A stretch of 64,000 bases of DNA, taken from NCBI RefSeq assembly GCF_000150275.1, contig NW_002060944.1, positions 9,450,556-9,514,555 on the forward strand, written 5' to 3'. The DNA is from Trichoplax adhaerens. Its lineage: Eukaryota > Animalia > Placozoa. Numbering within the stretch: the stretch's first letter is position 1; every line of letters begins with the position of its first letter. The position numbers were made by a program, and so were the translations under genes. A model generated the notes under the pieces. It ran no database searches and was not told the DNA's origin. It was given only the letters and a program-made list of their open reading frames with translations. Positions 1 through 15,156 of the stretch are shown here, piece by piece.

Positions 1-3000
1 CTTCACTCTTATCAAATATAGGAGAATGTCCTGGTGAAGCATCAAATATAATTGTTTGACCATAATCGTAGTGCATATTTCCAGGTCCTATACAGAAAGT
101 TGAAATAGAATTAGTGGCTTCTCTAGGAAAGCAAAGTTACGTTTATTCGCACTGTATATGACATATACATGTGCAACAGAAGTACAGCACCGATTAATAC
201 ACGTAGCAACTTCTTCAGGTTGTAAGGGTATAGATAAATCAATTATTGCAATTAACATTTAAAATTTTCCAAGAGGAAATAAATCAAGGATCTTGACCTT
301 TTCTTAATAAAAATCCACTCGGTGGTGATACAACTACACCATCCAAGCTAACATGAACGATCTTCGCCTATTATTTATAATTATTCACAATAGATAAAAG
401 AATCTTAGTAATTGACAACTTCCTAGTATCTAATGTATCTTTCTACATATGAAATTCTAACCCCTCTTATGGTATCTTCTAATGATTTATTGTAATTCCA
501 GATTCGAAAACCAATAATATTTACTTTCTGACTAAAAGCTATCGTTAATATATGATTCCGACCAGGAGTAAAGGGTATTAACCACATATGCTCATCGCTA
601 ACTGTAATTGTTGTTCCATCAACCAACCTAATAAGTTACATCGAATTTTCAGTGATTTTAAGCGCATTCAGTTCCATATTTCATCTCGTCAACGGTAACA
701 TAAATATCCTTAACTTACTTGTCAATAGTCCTACAATCATCATCATATTCTGGAAGATCATTTAAATCTCTAGGATTAGCACTTAACATGTCGACGTTAA
801 GTTCTAGTGAGTTTCCATCAGCTCCTAGGATCTTTAGCCCAGTTAGGCCCAAGTAATGCGGATCGGACCAGGTATCAACAAAATTAAACTGCAGTACTAT
901 TAAGTAAGAGAAGACAGTTAAAACAGTTTGATATTATCAAAGAAATGTCAATTCCTATTACCTCCACAAACATTTTCAGTACTTTCCATCCTTGGAGAAT
1001 TTCCTAATAAGTAACAAATTTATCTATTACGGCCAAATTAACGACAATTCAATTCTATAAGATAAATAGCAATTAATCCAACTGTACTAACCTACTGTTG
1101 CTGTGTCAATTCCTACCGTAAGTGGCTGTTATAAGTGTAAGTAAATTGTTAGATTAACACATATCTACAAAGGACAAAATCTCATCCATCAGGAAGATAC
1201 TTTTACTTTCTGCTTACTTCATCTACACTTTCCATCCCCAAGTCGGCGGTTGGTGGTCTAGCATCTATTTGCGATACAATTTCTTCATCTTCAGAATCTG
1301 TTGCGATTCTAGGTGATAACCCATCAAAACTGTGGTCAAATTGGGAGATATTTTCCAATACGTCTTCATCGGTAGTAAAAAGAATGGTCTAAACCGATAG
1401 CAACAATAATGAAATATTAGATATATTCCACCAACTACTCAATTAATTTTACTTAATTATTTTAAATAAAGGAATTCAAAAACGATTTCTAGGCTGACTA
1501 ATATGATCAATTAGCAAACATCTATTTATTTCAGACAATCCACCAATAGATACATACATCACCAAAAGAAGCCGTTCCCCCTAACGCTCCACCGATAGCT
1601 CTATTTAAGAATTTATTAAAAGTTTCATTAATGTATTTCCAAGCAAACTTTTTCTTCTAACAATTCACCATACCTGGCAATTTCACCATCAAAAATTTTA
1701 TAACCGTCTAAGAATATTTCAACTCGACGTGCTCCACGATTAGAGTGAATACGAGACTTATTATAGTTCTGCATTATGTAGGTTAAATGATGTTTTTATC
1801 AGTAAAATTTATTCACATTTAATACTGCCAAAGTTCAAGTCTACGTTTCAGTAAACTCCATCCTAAACAACTAAATCTATATTATTTAACCTAATATAGC
1901 TTATTAAACATGAATAGAAACAACGTCATATCTAACCCATAATCGAATTATGGCAACCGTTTCACGCTTATCAAAGAGAATTGTAATAAAATGATTCTTT
2001 CCAGGAGTAAAAGGCGCTAGCCATTGATGCATGTCATCCCTACAGTAATAATTAAAAATAAATAAGAGTTTAGATGAGTAAAATTGTGTTTGAAAGTCAT
2101 AACTATGCCTCAGGATTGAGCTATTTACTATTGTAATATATCTATTATGCATATTTTTTAAAATGCCAATTAATTGGCGTATTCACCTAGTTTTATATAC
2201 TCCATCGATTAAATTACTGACAACTCTTGGATCTTTGTTATAACCAGGTAATATGTTGATATCTGCTGGATCGGCTGATATCTATCAACATTTTCAGTTC
2301 GCTTCAGTTACGACGATATCTTTCGTATAATTACTGTATTACATTTACATTTATAACGACTGCTTACATCCAAAATTGAAGGTGGTTGACCATTTCTCGC
2401 AAAAATCTCAATACCGTTCAATCCGACATAGTGCTTATCGCCCCAAGTTGATAAGATATTAATAATCAGCTGTTGTCCAGATGGTAAAGTAGGTATCTCA
2501 AAATTAGATACTGCAGGAGCAGCCCTACATTGCATAGATCAAAAATGTTGATTACTAGAATGGGAGTGAGATCTCAATGTGAATAGCTTTCACTTGGTCT
2601 ACATACTCTAGAACTTCTCTGCCATCATCGCCTTCAGTATTAATGTCTACAAAAATTTTTAGAGAAAAAATAGTAAATAATATTTTTCAATCAAGACAAT
2701 ATGCTCAATAAATTGGACCACTATGAAACAAGACAAACAGTTTAAGTCAATATTTGCCTTACCTTCAGATTCCATAGTATTTGCTAAGCGTCCTTTCTGA
2801 GTTCTTTTAAAATAAGTCAGTGAACTCCAAGATTCTTCCAATGATGACTCTTGCTCTCTGTAAAAATATTAGGAACACAAAGGTTATGGTCAGCTTACCA
2901 CGCAATATTTATTGGTGGTCCAACAGTTACGCTTACTTCCATTGTTCCCTAGCCGATTGTAAACTAGGTTCAACACCAGCACTGGATAAGTCAAGATGAC

Positions 3001-6000
3001 CACCAGAAGATGCGTGAGCGGATACTGATTCTCCTTTTGCATAAGCGTCATACATTGACCCTATTTACAACAGTGCAAAGAAAGCAAGAAATCTAAATAT
3101 CAGATTGTTACGGAGCTTGATGCTCCTTGCATATAACTAGTAGTAATTTACGATAGTAGAATAACTGTAATGATATACTGTCGTGTGATTAAAAATATTA
3201 TTAGAGATTGTCGTGTTGTAGACAACAATCTTCAATTGTTAATTGAATATTATTATTGTTTATGACTTTGAATTGAGTCATAATATGCTTATTGCGATTA
3301 ATTAATTAACTAATGATGCCAAAGTAGGCAATAGAACTAATGGTGAGATAGCACCACAAATGTGTGATAAATAAGTGAACTTGCTAATTAATAATATTAA
3401 TTAGTGGCAAGTATTAAGTAACACTCGGTCTAGTCGGATTTATAGTAAGCCTGTATTGCACATTATATAAGTTAATGTGAAAGATTAGCACCGGGGTTAT
3501 TTGTGTGATTATTAATTTTTCATCTCAGTTCCACTGAGGCTAACGTAGAGTACACTGGTACAAACGTAAACGGGCTAGTAATAAATATATTTATTAACCT
3601 AAACCTATCGTTTGACTCGATTACTATCGTATAGGAATAAGTTAGTTTTCCCTTACTGAGGATCTCCGGAGTTAGTCGGAGAACCATAAGAGTAGATAGA
3701 CTAGTTTAGGTACAATCACGAAAGTTGTTTTATGACACAGATAAGCTGATTTAAACTTATCCTAGTAAATGTAAGAGTTTACCCGCTGATGGAGCTGAAC
3801 CTCTACGCGAAGTACCTCCAACGCCTTGAGAGACAGCGAATTCCTATAAATATGAATTGATAATTAACTACAATACACTGGTAGCTTGACCATTAATGAG
3901 TAAACCTACTTCTAGCTGAGTAAAAACATCACAGGAGCCACTTTTAGTTACGGATAACGGTGCGCTTTTCATCGAAAGCTACAAAGTAAACGAAGTTCCA
4001 TAAATCGCAGCTTAAAATAATTACATTATTTCTCCATCAAACATTTTAAATTACATTACCTTGGTCATTTTTTGCATATTATCTTCCAACGAGCTGTCCC
4101 TAAAAAACGTATAAAATCAACAAATACAATGTAAATAAAATATATGAAATACACTTAATCGTCAATAATGGACTTCATAGGTATAGCAAAGCAAATGAGA
4201 ACTAAAAAAATCAACAGAATTGCAAGCATTATCAATATAAAAAAATTCGTTATGTTCTAAAATCATCAGTAATTTCAGTACCCGTCGTCAGAGTCCTTCT
4301 CAGCAACAGCATACAAATCGGTTAAATTTCCCCATTTTCTATTGTTAGTACTCTTATCATCAACTGTAATGTTAACTGTAACAAAACATTTTATTACCTA
4401 ATATCAACTATAAACTTCCTTTTAAACTTAACGTTCATTTCCTACACGCCTATAAGTCATATCACTACCTAAACTTGGGTTCTGAAATGAATCTATTTCA
4501 TTCATTGAGGACCTGTGCCAAGTATAGAAAAATTTTAAGTCAGACTGTTATCTAGATGACACATGATTACGCAGAATAACATTCATTATGCAATCAGGAC
4601 TTACTCTTCTTGAAATGAATTGCGACTACTCCTTAAATTATCATACCATAAGGACGTATGTTTTGACACCTCAGTGCTAAAAATGTAAAGGTTTCCAAGC
4701 ATTACGTTATAGCAATAATGTAATATTAAGTGATATCATGATTGATTGAGTCTTAGCTTGCACTAATTTACCTCCCAAGGACAACAGTAGGCTCAGTTGA
4801 GGGCATATCTTCACTTAATTCATGTTTACTTGGCTGTTCCGGACTAGCAGCCTTGACCGTGTAGCTGTATAATATACATATTACAATAAAATCAGTAGCT
4901 AAACTCAGAATTACTGTTTGATCTTACAATATCGCACTAAGTAATACATCATTACATTACTGAATTTGCAGTCCCAAACGTCGTAAGAAAATTAATAGAT
5001 CGAAGAACTTTTTAGAACATTTTACTCGTATATCTACAGTATGGTACATACAATGAAGGTTGTACTACAGTGTACTGTATACTCTGCAAACGTGTATAAG
5101 AATTATCTACGGCAATTCGGCTTATAAAATGGCTATTCATCTAACTACTTTATATCTAGTTCTGGCGCGAGAATCAGTCAAAAGTCAGACATGGTACCTC
5201 TTGTTTAATACTATTTCGCTTGATTTTCCTCCTGTTAAACTGTCCGTCTCACCAGTTTTCTTCGAGATTAATTTCCTCACATCCTTTAGTGAAAGAACGT
5301 CACCCGAGCTAGAGAAAACAATATTCAGTTCCAGTTAGGATCAGCGCAAACTCGAAAAAGTCCATCAAGCCATATCTAGTAAACATACTTATCGCCTGGT
5401 ATGTAATCTAAATCATTAAGATCGCATGGAAACGTACAAGAAGCTATTTCATAATCTTATTTCTAAGCTTGCAGATATTTACATTTGACTTTTTCGTTGA
5501 TTGTCTTCGTTAACTAGAAATTCATCATTTTCTACCATAATTTTAAGGTTTGGCATAGCTACGTTAGTGACTAAATTTATAGTTTGACCGTATTCGAACA
5601 CTTGATTGCCGCATCCCTAAATAATTTAAATTAACAACAAGCGAGAATTAAATATTATAAACGAAGTTATATATCTTGTTTCAAGTAAGCTCACACTTTG
5701 AATATACCCTACACTTCAATATAAATATTATGAAATAAGTAAACTTATATAAAATACCACACGCACTTTTTCTAATACTCCTTCCCAGGTTAATATATCA
5801 TCAACAAATATTCTAGCATCTTTAACTCCAATATTTAAATCCTGAAAAAAACACTTGCCATTACTACTGATATGTAACTCTTTCTTTACGAAAGTAACCC
5901 CTACCTTCAAACTTTTATTGTAATTCCATACCATTACTTTAGATAAAATAAAATTTTCCGCTTTAGAACTTGACATCACTGAAAAATGGAGCACTAAAGT

Positions 6001-9000
6001 ATCGCTTTTTTTATATGGAATGGACCACATATATTTAGTTTTAATTGTCTATATAAATATAAAAAAGCTAACATTAGAGAATCTATATTAACGCGTGTTT
6101 TATTTCTAATTAGTTATGCTATCTGAAACTGAAGATCTTGTAACGTGAACCTTAGTTTTTCCATTCGTAATATTCGGTAATGAAGCTGATGTTAATTCTT
6201 CGCCTTGCAATATCACACCGACATTATTAATAATCAATTTATTTGAATAATCGTCATAGAATTGTACCTGTACAAAGTACACAAACAGAGGATAAGTTGA
6301 TCCGTAAAAATTAAATTAATCCGCAAATTTGCATTAATAATAATTAATCTTACTTCGGTCATCCCTAATTTATCCGGATGTCCCCAATTTGACAAAATCT
6401 CAAGTGTTACTACTTTAAAACTTGCATTCTCTACCAATTCCTCATCATTATTAGTGTAATCATTCTACGTATACACATAAATATGTAATCAAAACCATGG
6501 TTACAACAACGCAAAAATTAATATTTAAGATGCCTGTTTAATTCTCTCATCAACTTACTTGAGAAGCCGAAGTTGATGCATATACTGAGAGCAACGATGG
6601 ATTATCACCAAGTTTGGATAGCATCCGTAACAATCGTCGTTGCTGACTGTTTTAAGAGATCATTGTCATGAGTAAAAATTTTAGTTCATCTATGCTCTTA
6701 TTTTTGCATCTAATTTACAAGCAAATTAATACACTCTACTAAATAAATTATTTAGTCTAGGCTGACCTTGAATGTAACTGTTTCACTTTATCGACGACCT
6801 GGTGAAGAGTATTAGAGGTTAGGCCCTCTGATGTAGCTTGAATTGCCACCTTTTGATTAAAATATAATATAATTTGTTAATAAACTTTAAATTCACAATC
6901 GCAATCCTTGTTAGGTAATACCGTAAATATCAGTCAAGATTTAATCCAGAATTATAGTAAGAGTACCTCCGATGTGCTTTTCTCTACATTTGTATTTCCG
7001 TCTTGTTGATCATCTAGAGTAATTATAAAAAACAACTATTTAGCGACCGCCTAACCCTATAGGATTTTGTCCTCCTAATAGTCAAGTAAAGATTTATAAT
7101 AGTAAGACAAATCATATATCATAAAATATACCTTCTCTTTTTATGTCATCTCCAATATTTGATTGATACTCTTCCTTTTTCGCACTGAATAAACAGCTTA
7201 TCACTAAGTATTTTTTAAGACACACGATTTTCAAGGTATATAATATCGTCACTACCTTGTCGTAGACGCATCGTCATCATCTTTAGTTTGATAAGTTGAT
7301 TCAGTTTTCTTTCTATGATTGCAAACAAAGATCTTACGTAAGTGTAACCATGGTATAACATTATTATAATAACTTATAGTACAGTATAAATCTTAAAGTT
7401 CTAAAAATATGAGATTACCTTGCAACGCTTAATTGTTTACTTCCTATAGCACAAATCAAAAGAATATTGATAGAAACATGGCATTAAACTAATGCTATAT
7501 AGCATAGCAAAATTAATGGTTATCTCTTACTTCTAACGGAACTGCTAAAGTCTAATAAGAACGTCCTATCTTGAATCTGGACCGGAGGCTCTTCAGAAGA
7601 TTTGACTACCGGAGTATCATCTACTGATTCCTCAATTGTTTCCTCAATATCCTCATCAGTTTCAATTTCATGATCATCATCAGCATCATCTCCAGCTATC
7701 TCTTCCTAAGATTTTAAGATTAAGATGAAGCAATCTCCAATTTAAATCAATCTCTAAATACTTTTTAAGCAGGAATTAATAATACCTCAATTTCTTCATG
7801 TAAACTTGCTCTAATATTTGCATCAGCTTCTAAACTTCGTCTTAATGTCTAGTAAACAAACAATTATACACTATGAACACTCTTACTAGATTTAAATTTT
7901 ACCGAAATACAATTCGTATCGTTCATTTATCCCAACAGTTACCTTTAGATCATCATAACTAAGTCTAAGTTGATTAATACCAAGATCTTCAGTAATTTCG
8001 TCTTCAACATCATCGTCATTGTCACTTGGCATTTCTTCATCTACTTGATCGGCTTTACTTTGGGACGAAGACGACTGATTAGCATCATTCGCTGTTGCAG
8101 AAGTTGTAGAAGCTGGATTTGGAATTTGTCCTTCGGGGAATTAACAATAATTGCAGTTAATTAAAGTCTTACAAGCCCTTATGCAGATGCAATTATCGCT
8201 GTATGTTGTAGAGAGATTATAGAAATACATCCGTAAGTCCAAAATTGAAAACTAACGGTTGGCCGGGGCGTGCAAGGGTTCGCCAGTTTCTGCTTTTATT
8301 TCAATTGATTGCTAAGACACAAAACAATAGTAATTATATAGTGACACACTACTCTAGAAACAGATATTAGCTAATAAATACCTGACTCCATCCTTTTCTT
8401 ATATGTTTGGCCGGAGCAGATTTGACCCTAAATTACATTAGATTACGAGAGCAAATATTACGTATTAACTATAATTCGATGTGAATCAGGCCGATTTCAA
8501 ATTTCGCTTTGGCTTAGTTTACCGTTCGGGATTTATTTGGTCCACATCTCCAAAATTGATTGGAACCCAGTCAGTATCCTCTGTAAAATTTATTTAATAT
8601 ATCATTATGTATATTGAAGCATAGCCCATTGTACTCCAGATTGAGATCAAAACACGCACTAACTAACGCCAAAATTTTATTACGAATTCTTTAAAATGTG
8701 GAGCACAATTAAATGCTCTCATTAGCATATAGCAAGCTTACTCAAGATATCCTGCGGAGCAGTTCTAGCACGACTAGATACTCTAGAAAGATTTTGTCTA
8801 GGTGGCGGAGCTTGAGGTTTGAATTTGCTGACTAGGTTAGCTCCATTGATATAAAGTACAAATCCTTGTTCTCTTTTCTCTTTTTCTAACTGCTTATCAT
8901 CTTTTTTCTTCATTTTTTTCATAAGTCTAACGTAAGATAACGTATACACAGCTATAAGATATCGAAGGTGGAATGAAAATTATACGGCAAGTTAGATATG

Positions 9001-9614
9001 GCACCTGTTCTTATGCTGTAAAGAAGTGAGGTATTGTTCATAGGCAGGTGAAACATCCTTTGAAGTTCGATCCTAAATTAAATATCAGGTAATACACTTA
9101 TGTCAGCCACATCGCTATGTGATCTTTCCTGTGACCGTACTGTAGTGTTCTCAGCTAGTTATAGTCGTTAAATGTTTTCAAAGTGCGATAGTAATAGGAA
9201 ATAAAGCACTATTTGACGTAGAAATAGTCGGTTGTTCTTCAATAAAGTAATTATAGATATCGCTGGCAAGATGGCATAATACTATTAAGTTGGTGAATTG
9301 CGAAGTGTAGGAGTTAAAAGCCATTCATTACACATAGAAAGCCGCAATTATACAAAAAATGTTTCACATGTATGAACAGAACTCACGATCTATGACTACA
9401 GTTAGCTTACTACTGCTCGAAAATAAACAATATAAAAGTAACCGTACGCGAGCAAAAACGGATTTAGTTATTAATTATTAATATAAAATATTTATGATCA
9501 TGGTATAACTGTCAAAAGTTAATTACATACTGAGCTACAAAATAATCTGGCAAGCAACTATTATATCCTCACTGTTTTACATTCTAACTGTAAGTTTTTT
9601 GCTCTGTCACCCAT
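1..9614 (-). CDS. KATNIP: Katanin-interacting protein (KIAA0556/KATNIP, DUF4457 repeats); many exons, 3' end lies beyond the left edge of the window
   Basis: Spliced N-terminus MGDRAKNLQLECKT|DRTSKDVSPAYEQYLTSLQHKNR...EQGFVLYINGAN (proposed exon 1 9614-9573, exon 2 from 9072) resembles the YLxxLQxxNR..EQGFxxYxNGAN block of KATNIP as I recall it. Repeated modules occur in ORFs 423, 1904, 2308, 5728 and 6234: ILSNWGHPDKLGMTE, ILSTWGDKHYVGLNGIEIF, MHQWLAPFTPG, HMWLIPFTPG and three WNYNKS motifs. The start codon is inferred. Confidence 0.9.
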
Positions 9615-9650
9615 AATTAACTTCGAATCATGTATCTTGTCCAATAATCG

Positions 9651-9658
9651 ACTTCCGG
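9651..9658 (-). promoter_or_regulatory. ETS-type motif (CCGGAAGT) about 40 nt upstream of the proposed KATNIP ATG
   Basis: The + strand reads acttccgg, which is CCGGAAGT on -. The position is consistent with a proximal promoter; function is inferred. Confidence 0.4.
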
Positions 9659-10607
9659 ATGAATGATAAATTTAGTGATCGTTCAATACAGTAGTGTTAG
9701 CTACTTTACGAAATAGTAACAAAACTGAAAGCTAGCTTTCAAAATTATTACCATTAACTTTCAGTTATTTATATCTTCTATAAATAGGTACAGGAGACTT
9801 GCGATACAATGATAATAAAGCTCTTAATATACAGTAAGTACTGTATATTATCATTTTTACGTTCATGAGATTTTAAAACCGAAGACATAATAGTTTAGCC
9901 TTTTCTATTGATAGTAAACTAAATGTTCTTTATTATTATAGTCACCAAATTCAATTTGTTCGTTATGTTTATAGCTGTATAAGTTGATTTAGCCTAATGT
10001 ACTGTAATTAGCCTTGCTAATAAGCAACTACGATTGAGCACAAGTGTCTTCAAGGTAATCGTTGTCTTATTGTCGTTAACAAGCTACCTAAGGCTATATT
10101 ACCGACTATTTTATGGTTCATTGTCAATTACATGACTTAATATTTCATTCGCCTTACAAAATGAAAAGATCATAAAACGCTAGTTCTTATAGTCTACCTA
10201 CAATGCCATTGATCACAAACAGAGAATGTTCATTTTTGTATCCTTCTGATATCATTAATTATTTTTATTAATACTACCATTACAATGATTGCTCTTGTAA
10301 GATGTGATACTTGCTAAACAAGTTGATGATAATAGTGGTATCTAGCCATTCAAAGCATTGCCTAAATGCTTTCCTTTAGTAAATCCACGGTGAATTATTA
10401 TTAGACATATCACTTATGAATGAAAGTTTAACTGGAAGAGCTTTGAGCCAAATGTAGTGTTACAATGTTTGTAGAGAGCGATATAACTGCCTACAATATT
10501 CGTTTTCATTATTTTACCGACAACAGACATTAGAAAGGTAATATCCTGGCACATCTATACTTTATCGCTTCATCGTAAGTTGGGTATACGAAAAACGGCA
10601 TAATGGA

Positions 10608-10657
10608 NNNNNNNNNNNNNNNNNNNNNNNNNNNNNNNNNNNNNNNNNNNNNNNNNN
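10608..10657. other. Assembly gap (50 N)
   Basis: Run of n. Confidence 0.99.
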
Positions 10658-13216
10658 TTCAAAGCATGACTTAATTTTGAACACTTTTGATACAATCTCC
10701 AAAATATAATGCGATATTTTATAATTTGCAAATGGGTTTCTGATGTATCCGTATCCGCAATTTAAAAAATGTAATGTTTAAAGTATTCAATACATTTACG
10801 AATTCTACAATGCGCACTTTCCTTTACGGTTGCTTTACTGTAGTTAAATTTTTATCCCTTATTATCTGTATTAACTGACTGGCGGAGCATATGGTATGAA
10901 GTAACGTTTATTTGATTGCACTAATAAGACCTCTAACATGACTTTATTACGTTATGATCAAGCATATGGTTAAAGTCTAGTTATTGATTTACTATAGAAA
11001 CAGTACTAGTTAATGAGGTCCATGTATTTTTATTTCATTATCGTAGTTTACACCTGTCAAGAATTACTAGAAAATGCGGTATTCTCTACACCTATTTTAT
11101 CACTCCATATGGATAATTCTATCAGTAATGGTTGACAATATATTAGGGCGTTACGAGCTATTAGAATTGAAGATGCGGATATACATCTTGTTAGGAAATG
11201 AGAAGCATTCATCCGTGAAGCATTTGTATATTATAAAAATGCAAAAGATTGAAAGACTTGCATACCTCTTCTGCTCTTATCTTGACAGCGGAATCGCTTC
11301 TTTTTTGCCAGTGCTTACGATGATTTTGCCCTAAGATAACCAGCATATTGTATTTTAATACTAGCTCGCATACAATTGAAGACAATGTTTCTTTACAGGC
11401 ATGATTTATTTCATTAAATGACAGAAATTAATTAAAATTACTAGAAAAATGTTTTGATGTATTAGGAAGGCTGATCTATTCGTGCCTTTTTATGAGTGTT
11501 GTATTTATAAACTTTATATTTAACGTCTTGAAGTACAATGATTCATGGTGGTCCACATGTAATATACGAGTATACTAAGAAAATATCGTCATTTTATTCG
11601 AGTTATCGTATCGATAATGAAATTTAGATCAATTGTCGATGGCTGTAGGCAATGGATACTTTTGACAGTAGAATATCCACAGCCATTGTACAGAAGTTAT
11701 TCTAATTAGGGTGTAACATATTTGTCACCGATTATTTCAATGCCAGTTCAAGTTGACTCTTTATTTACACTCTTTCTGGTATGTTTCCTTCCCTCCTCCT
11801 TTTACACTTTCGCAGTTGTAGATTGATATAAAAGATGAACAAGATCGAGTTTTTGTACGCGCATATATCCATTGATGAATTTTTCGTCAGATTAAGATGA
11901 TATAATTCGTATTAAGCGCAATGCAGCTACAATGGAAATAGATCTGTTTGGTATGTATTCCTGTCCATCAACCCAGTTGGAATATTAATTATAAAAATGT
12001 AATTCAATCTGGATTTTGGATTACTTCATTTCGGTCCATGGATTGTGTAAGAGATGTGTAGTACTCAGTCAGTGTTGATATCTTGTATTGTACAAAAAGG
12101 AACATTTACAAGTATTGCAATGTGGAATCGAGCTGGTATGTAAACTCTACGTCTAACAAGCAAATTCGACGGTCTATCGATGAAAGTGCAATAGAATTAT
12201 GATTTGGATATTTGATTTCCGTCCATTTTATTATTCTAAGTATAAAGAGACATGCTGAGTCTACACATACATGCTAAATCGACGCCAACAGTACTGTATA
12301 TAATAACTCGGATTTACCGCAATTTCAATACGCGTACAGTATCATGAAAATGCAGGTCGATCTGGATAACGCATACTACCTACCAACAAAGTTGGAATAT
12401 CGAGCATAAGTGAAATTGAATTGGACTTTTCCCAACTGAACTCCTATTTGAATTGATCGGCCTATCTACTATCCATCCACACCATCTGAGTATTGATCAA
12501 AAGTGAAATTTCATTTGGATTCTTTTGCAATCCAAATAGATCATGGACATGATTTTCGCATTGTCTCGGTTCAAAGTGAAATTGAATTGCAATTTGCATT
12601 TGGACTACTGGATTTTATCCATCGTCAGCGCTCCCCGCACAAAAAAAATAGAGATCATCTGTATCGTTTACGGCAAACTATTGCTATTGTATATTGATGT
12701 AGCCTAGGGTGGCAAAGCAGTACATATACGGCAGTTTATTTACTAATAATGTTAATTACTCTTCATTGATTCTCTACTCTTGCTTTATCCATCTTTGGAT
12801 AACAGCATGACTACAGTACTGTGCGTACTAAAATAATCAATTAATCAATGCTTCAATAACTGGATGGCACTTGTTCCTTTCACTCTTGCCACTTTAAGAC
12901 ATACTGTACTACAAGTAATCAATGAAGATATCCACTAGGTTGAATTGATTTCAATAGCACAAGTTATAATTATTATTCAATTATGGTTGATCGATGATGG
13001 AAAAGCTCAAACCGATACAGTACAACATTTTGCTGTCGTAAACACTGACAGTAGGTGAAATCCATCACTTCGCGCTTACTTTAGTTACTCTAACGGGTTC
13101 TACGACGCTTACCGGTGCTCATGAAGCCTTCAGGTGAGGAATGATAACAGGTCCAATATAATTCACGATTTCTATCGATATTCTACGATGATTTTAGTCC
13201 CAACATTCAAAAAGGA

Positions 13217-14285
13217 GTACCATTGAATCAAGAATGGCTAATCCTCATCCTTTGGTAGGATTGGTATGGCGTTGATTGATTAATTTTGTGATTTTATTAG
13301 TCGTTGATCAAGATACGCGTACATTATCTCATATCGAGACGAGACGGCAGAATCTCAAGTTTACTACAGTCTGTCTAGCAGTCGGCTTTCTGTCTGTAGC
13401 TTACAGTGTACAGTACAGTATAGTGCAGTACAATACTGTACAAACGGCAGAATTCAAAGTGTACCACAGTCTGTCTTGCGGTCGGCTTTCTGTCCGTAGC
13501 TTACAGTGTACACAGTACAGTACAGGACTTCTACAGTTGTACTGTAGAAGTCCATTTCCAATAGGAATGGCTAGAAGCTAGACTACAGTACTGTAGGCTA
13601 GACCGCTACAGTACTGTACAGTGTACACTGGTATACCATTCAATCAAGAATGGCTAATCATCATCCTTTGGTAGGATTGGTACGGCGTTCATTGATTGAT
13701 TTTGTAATTTATTAGTCGTTGATAGACCTGACTCGTTGATCAAGATACGCGTAGGTTTCCCATATCGAGACAAGACGGCAGGAATCCAAAGTTTACCACA
13801 GTCTGTCTTATAGTCGGCTTTCTGTCTGTAGCTTACAGTGTACAGTACCGTACAGTTGTACTGTAGAAGTCCATTTCCAATAGGAATGACTAGAGGCTGG
13901 ACTACTGTGTAGGCTACACCGCTACAGCACTGTACCGTACACTGCAGTACAGTACCATTCAATCAAGAATGGCTAATCATCATCCTTCGGTAGGATTGGT
14001 ATGGCGTTGATTGATTGATTTTATGATTTTATTAGTCGTTGATGAATATGCAGTACACGTCCATATCCCATATCGAGACGAGACGGCAGAATCCAAAGTT
14101 TACCACAGTCTGTCTTGCGGTTGGCTTTGTGTCTGTAGCTTACAGTGTACAGTACAGTACAGTTGTACTGTAGAAGTCCATTTCTAATACTGTAGGAATG
14201 ACTACTGTACTGTACAGTACTGTACACTCAGTGTACAGTATGTACTGTACAGTACGGCCAGACCGCTACAGTACTGTACACTGTA
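13217..14285. repeat. Three-copy tandem duplication (units about 415, 320 and 330 bp) containing CAGTAC/TGTACA tracts
   Basis: The block taccatt(c/g)aatcaagaatggctaatc(a/c)tcatcctt(t/c)ggtaggattggta recurs near 13218, 13634 and 13953. It is followed each time by catatcgagac..gacggcag, cagtctgtct..gtcggcttt and gttgtactgtagaagtccattt. Confidence 0.95.
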
Positions 14286-15156
14286 AGAGAAGTGCATGGG
14301 TTTGGTTCAATCAGGCCATTGAGGTGAAAGAAAAGCCTACAGTATTTTCTATGGATCAAGCAGTACAGTACTGAGTACTGTGCATACAACATTCCTGTAC
14401 TGTTCATTATAATTATTACTGTATGCTTCGACTCTTCTTGTAGAATGCTCTAAAATAGAGTCATTTTACCTTAGTTTCAGTACTAATTTTTCCCTTTTTC
14501 TGAGTCTGAAAAGAAAAGGAAATAAACACATCGTACTGGACACTAGTGAACAGTACAGTACGAGCATATCATTTCCATTTGCTGTTCATGGTACTGTATT
14601 GAGTCATGTGATCGTACCACGCTACCATCGTGTTCGCATCGTCTACAGTACAGTACTGTAGACTGTTTGCACAGATTGCGTAATTCACTCATCGATCGTA
14701 GGTCTGACCCATAGAGTTTTTTCTGAACTCTATGGTCTGACCATACAGTACGTACTGCACTTATACTGTACACTGTACTGTATCCGACTGGACTCTTCGC
14801 CAGTCGGAGTTCACTGTCTGTCTGTCTGTATTAGAACAATACTAACGTCATCAAAGCCACAACGTCTTTTAACAAATCACTTAGGCACGAAGGCGCTAAC
14901 CACTGCAAAAGTTGCTGCGCTCTGGACGCCAGTTTTACGGAGGACGATCTATTTGTTCTCTATTTATTATGATTATAATTTAACAATTGTTATAGGTAGG
15001 AATACTGTACTGCAACTGTGCTGTAGTGTTGTTTATTAGGGGTGATTATTATTATTGTTAGTATTATTAACTCTTACTGTACTGTACTGCAGCCATCAGT
15101 ATTACAAAGGATCACTTCACGTCATCGCAATCGAACCGCTTGGCTTAGCAATCATC

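Noticed and set aside
13276-14773. ORFs rich in YSTVQYCTV (also at 21174-22050, 46562, 51037-51342 and 57943)
   Set aside because: These are translations of the stop-poor CAGTAC tracts, open on both strands, with no coding signal.
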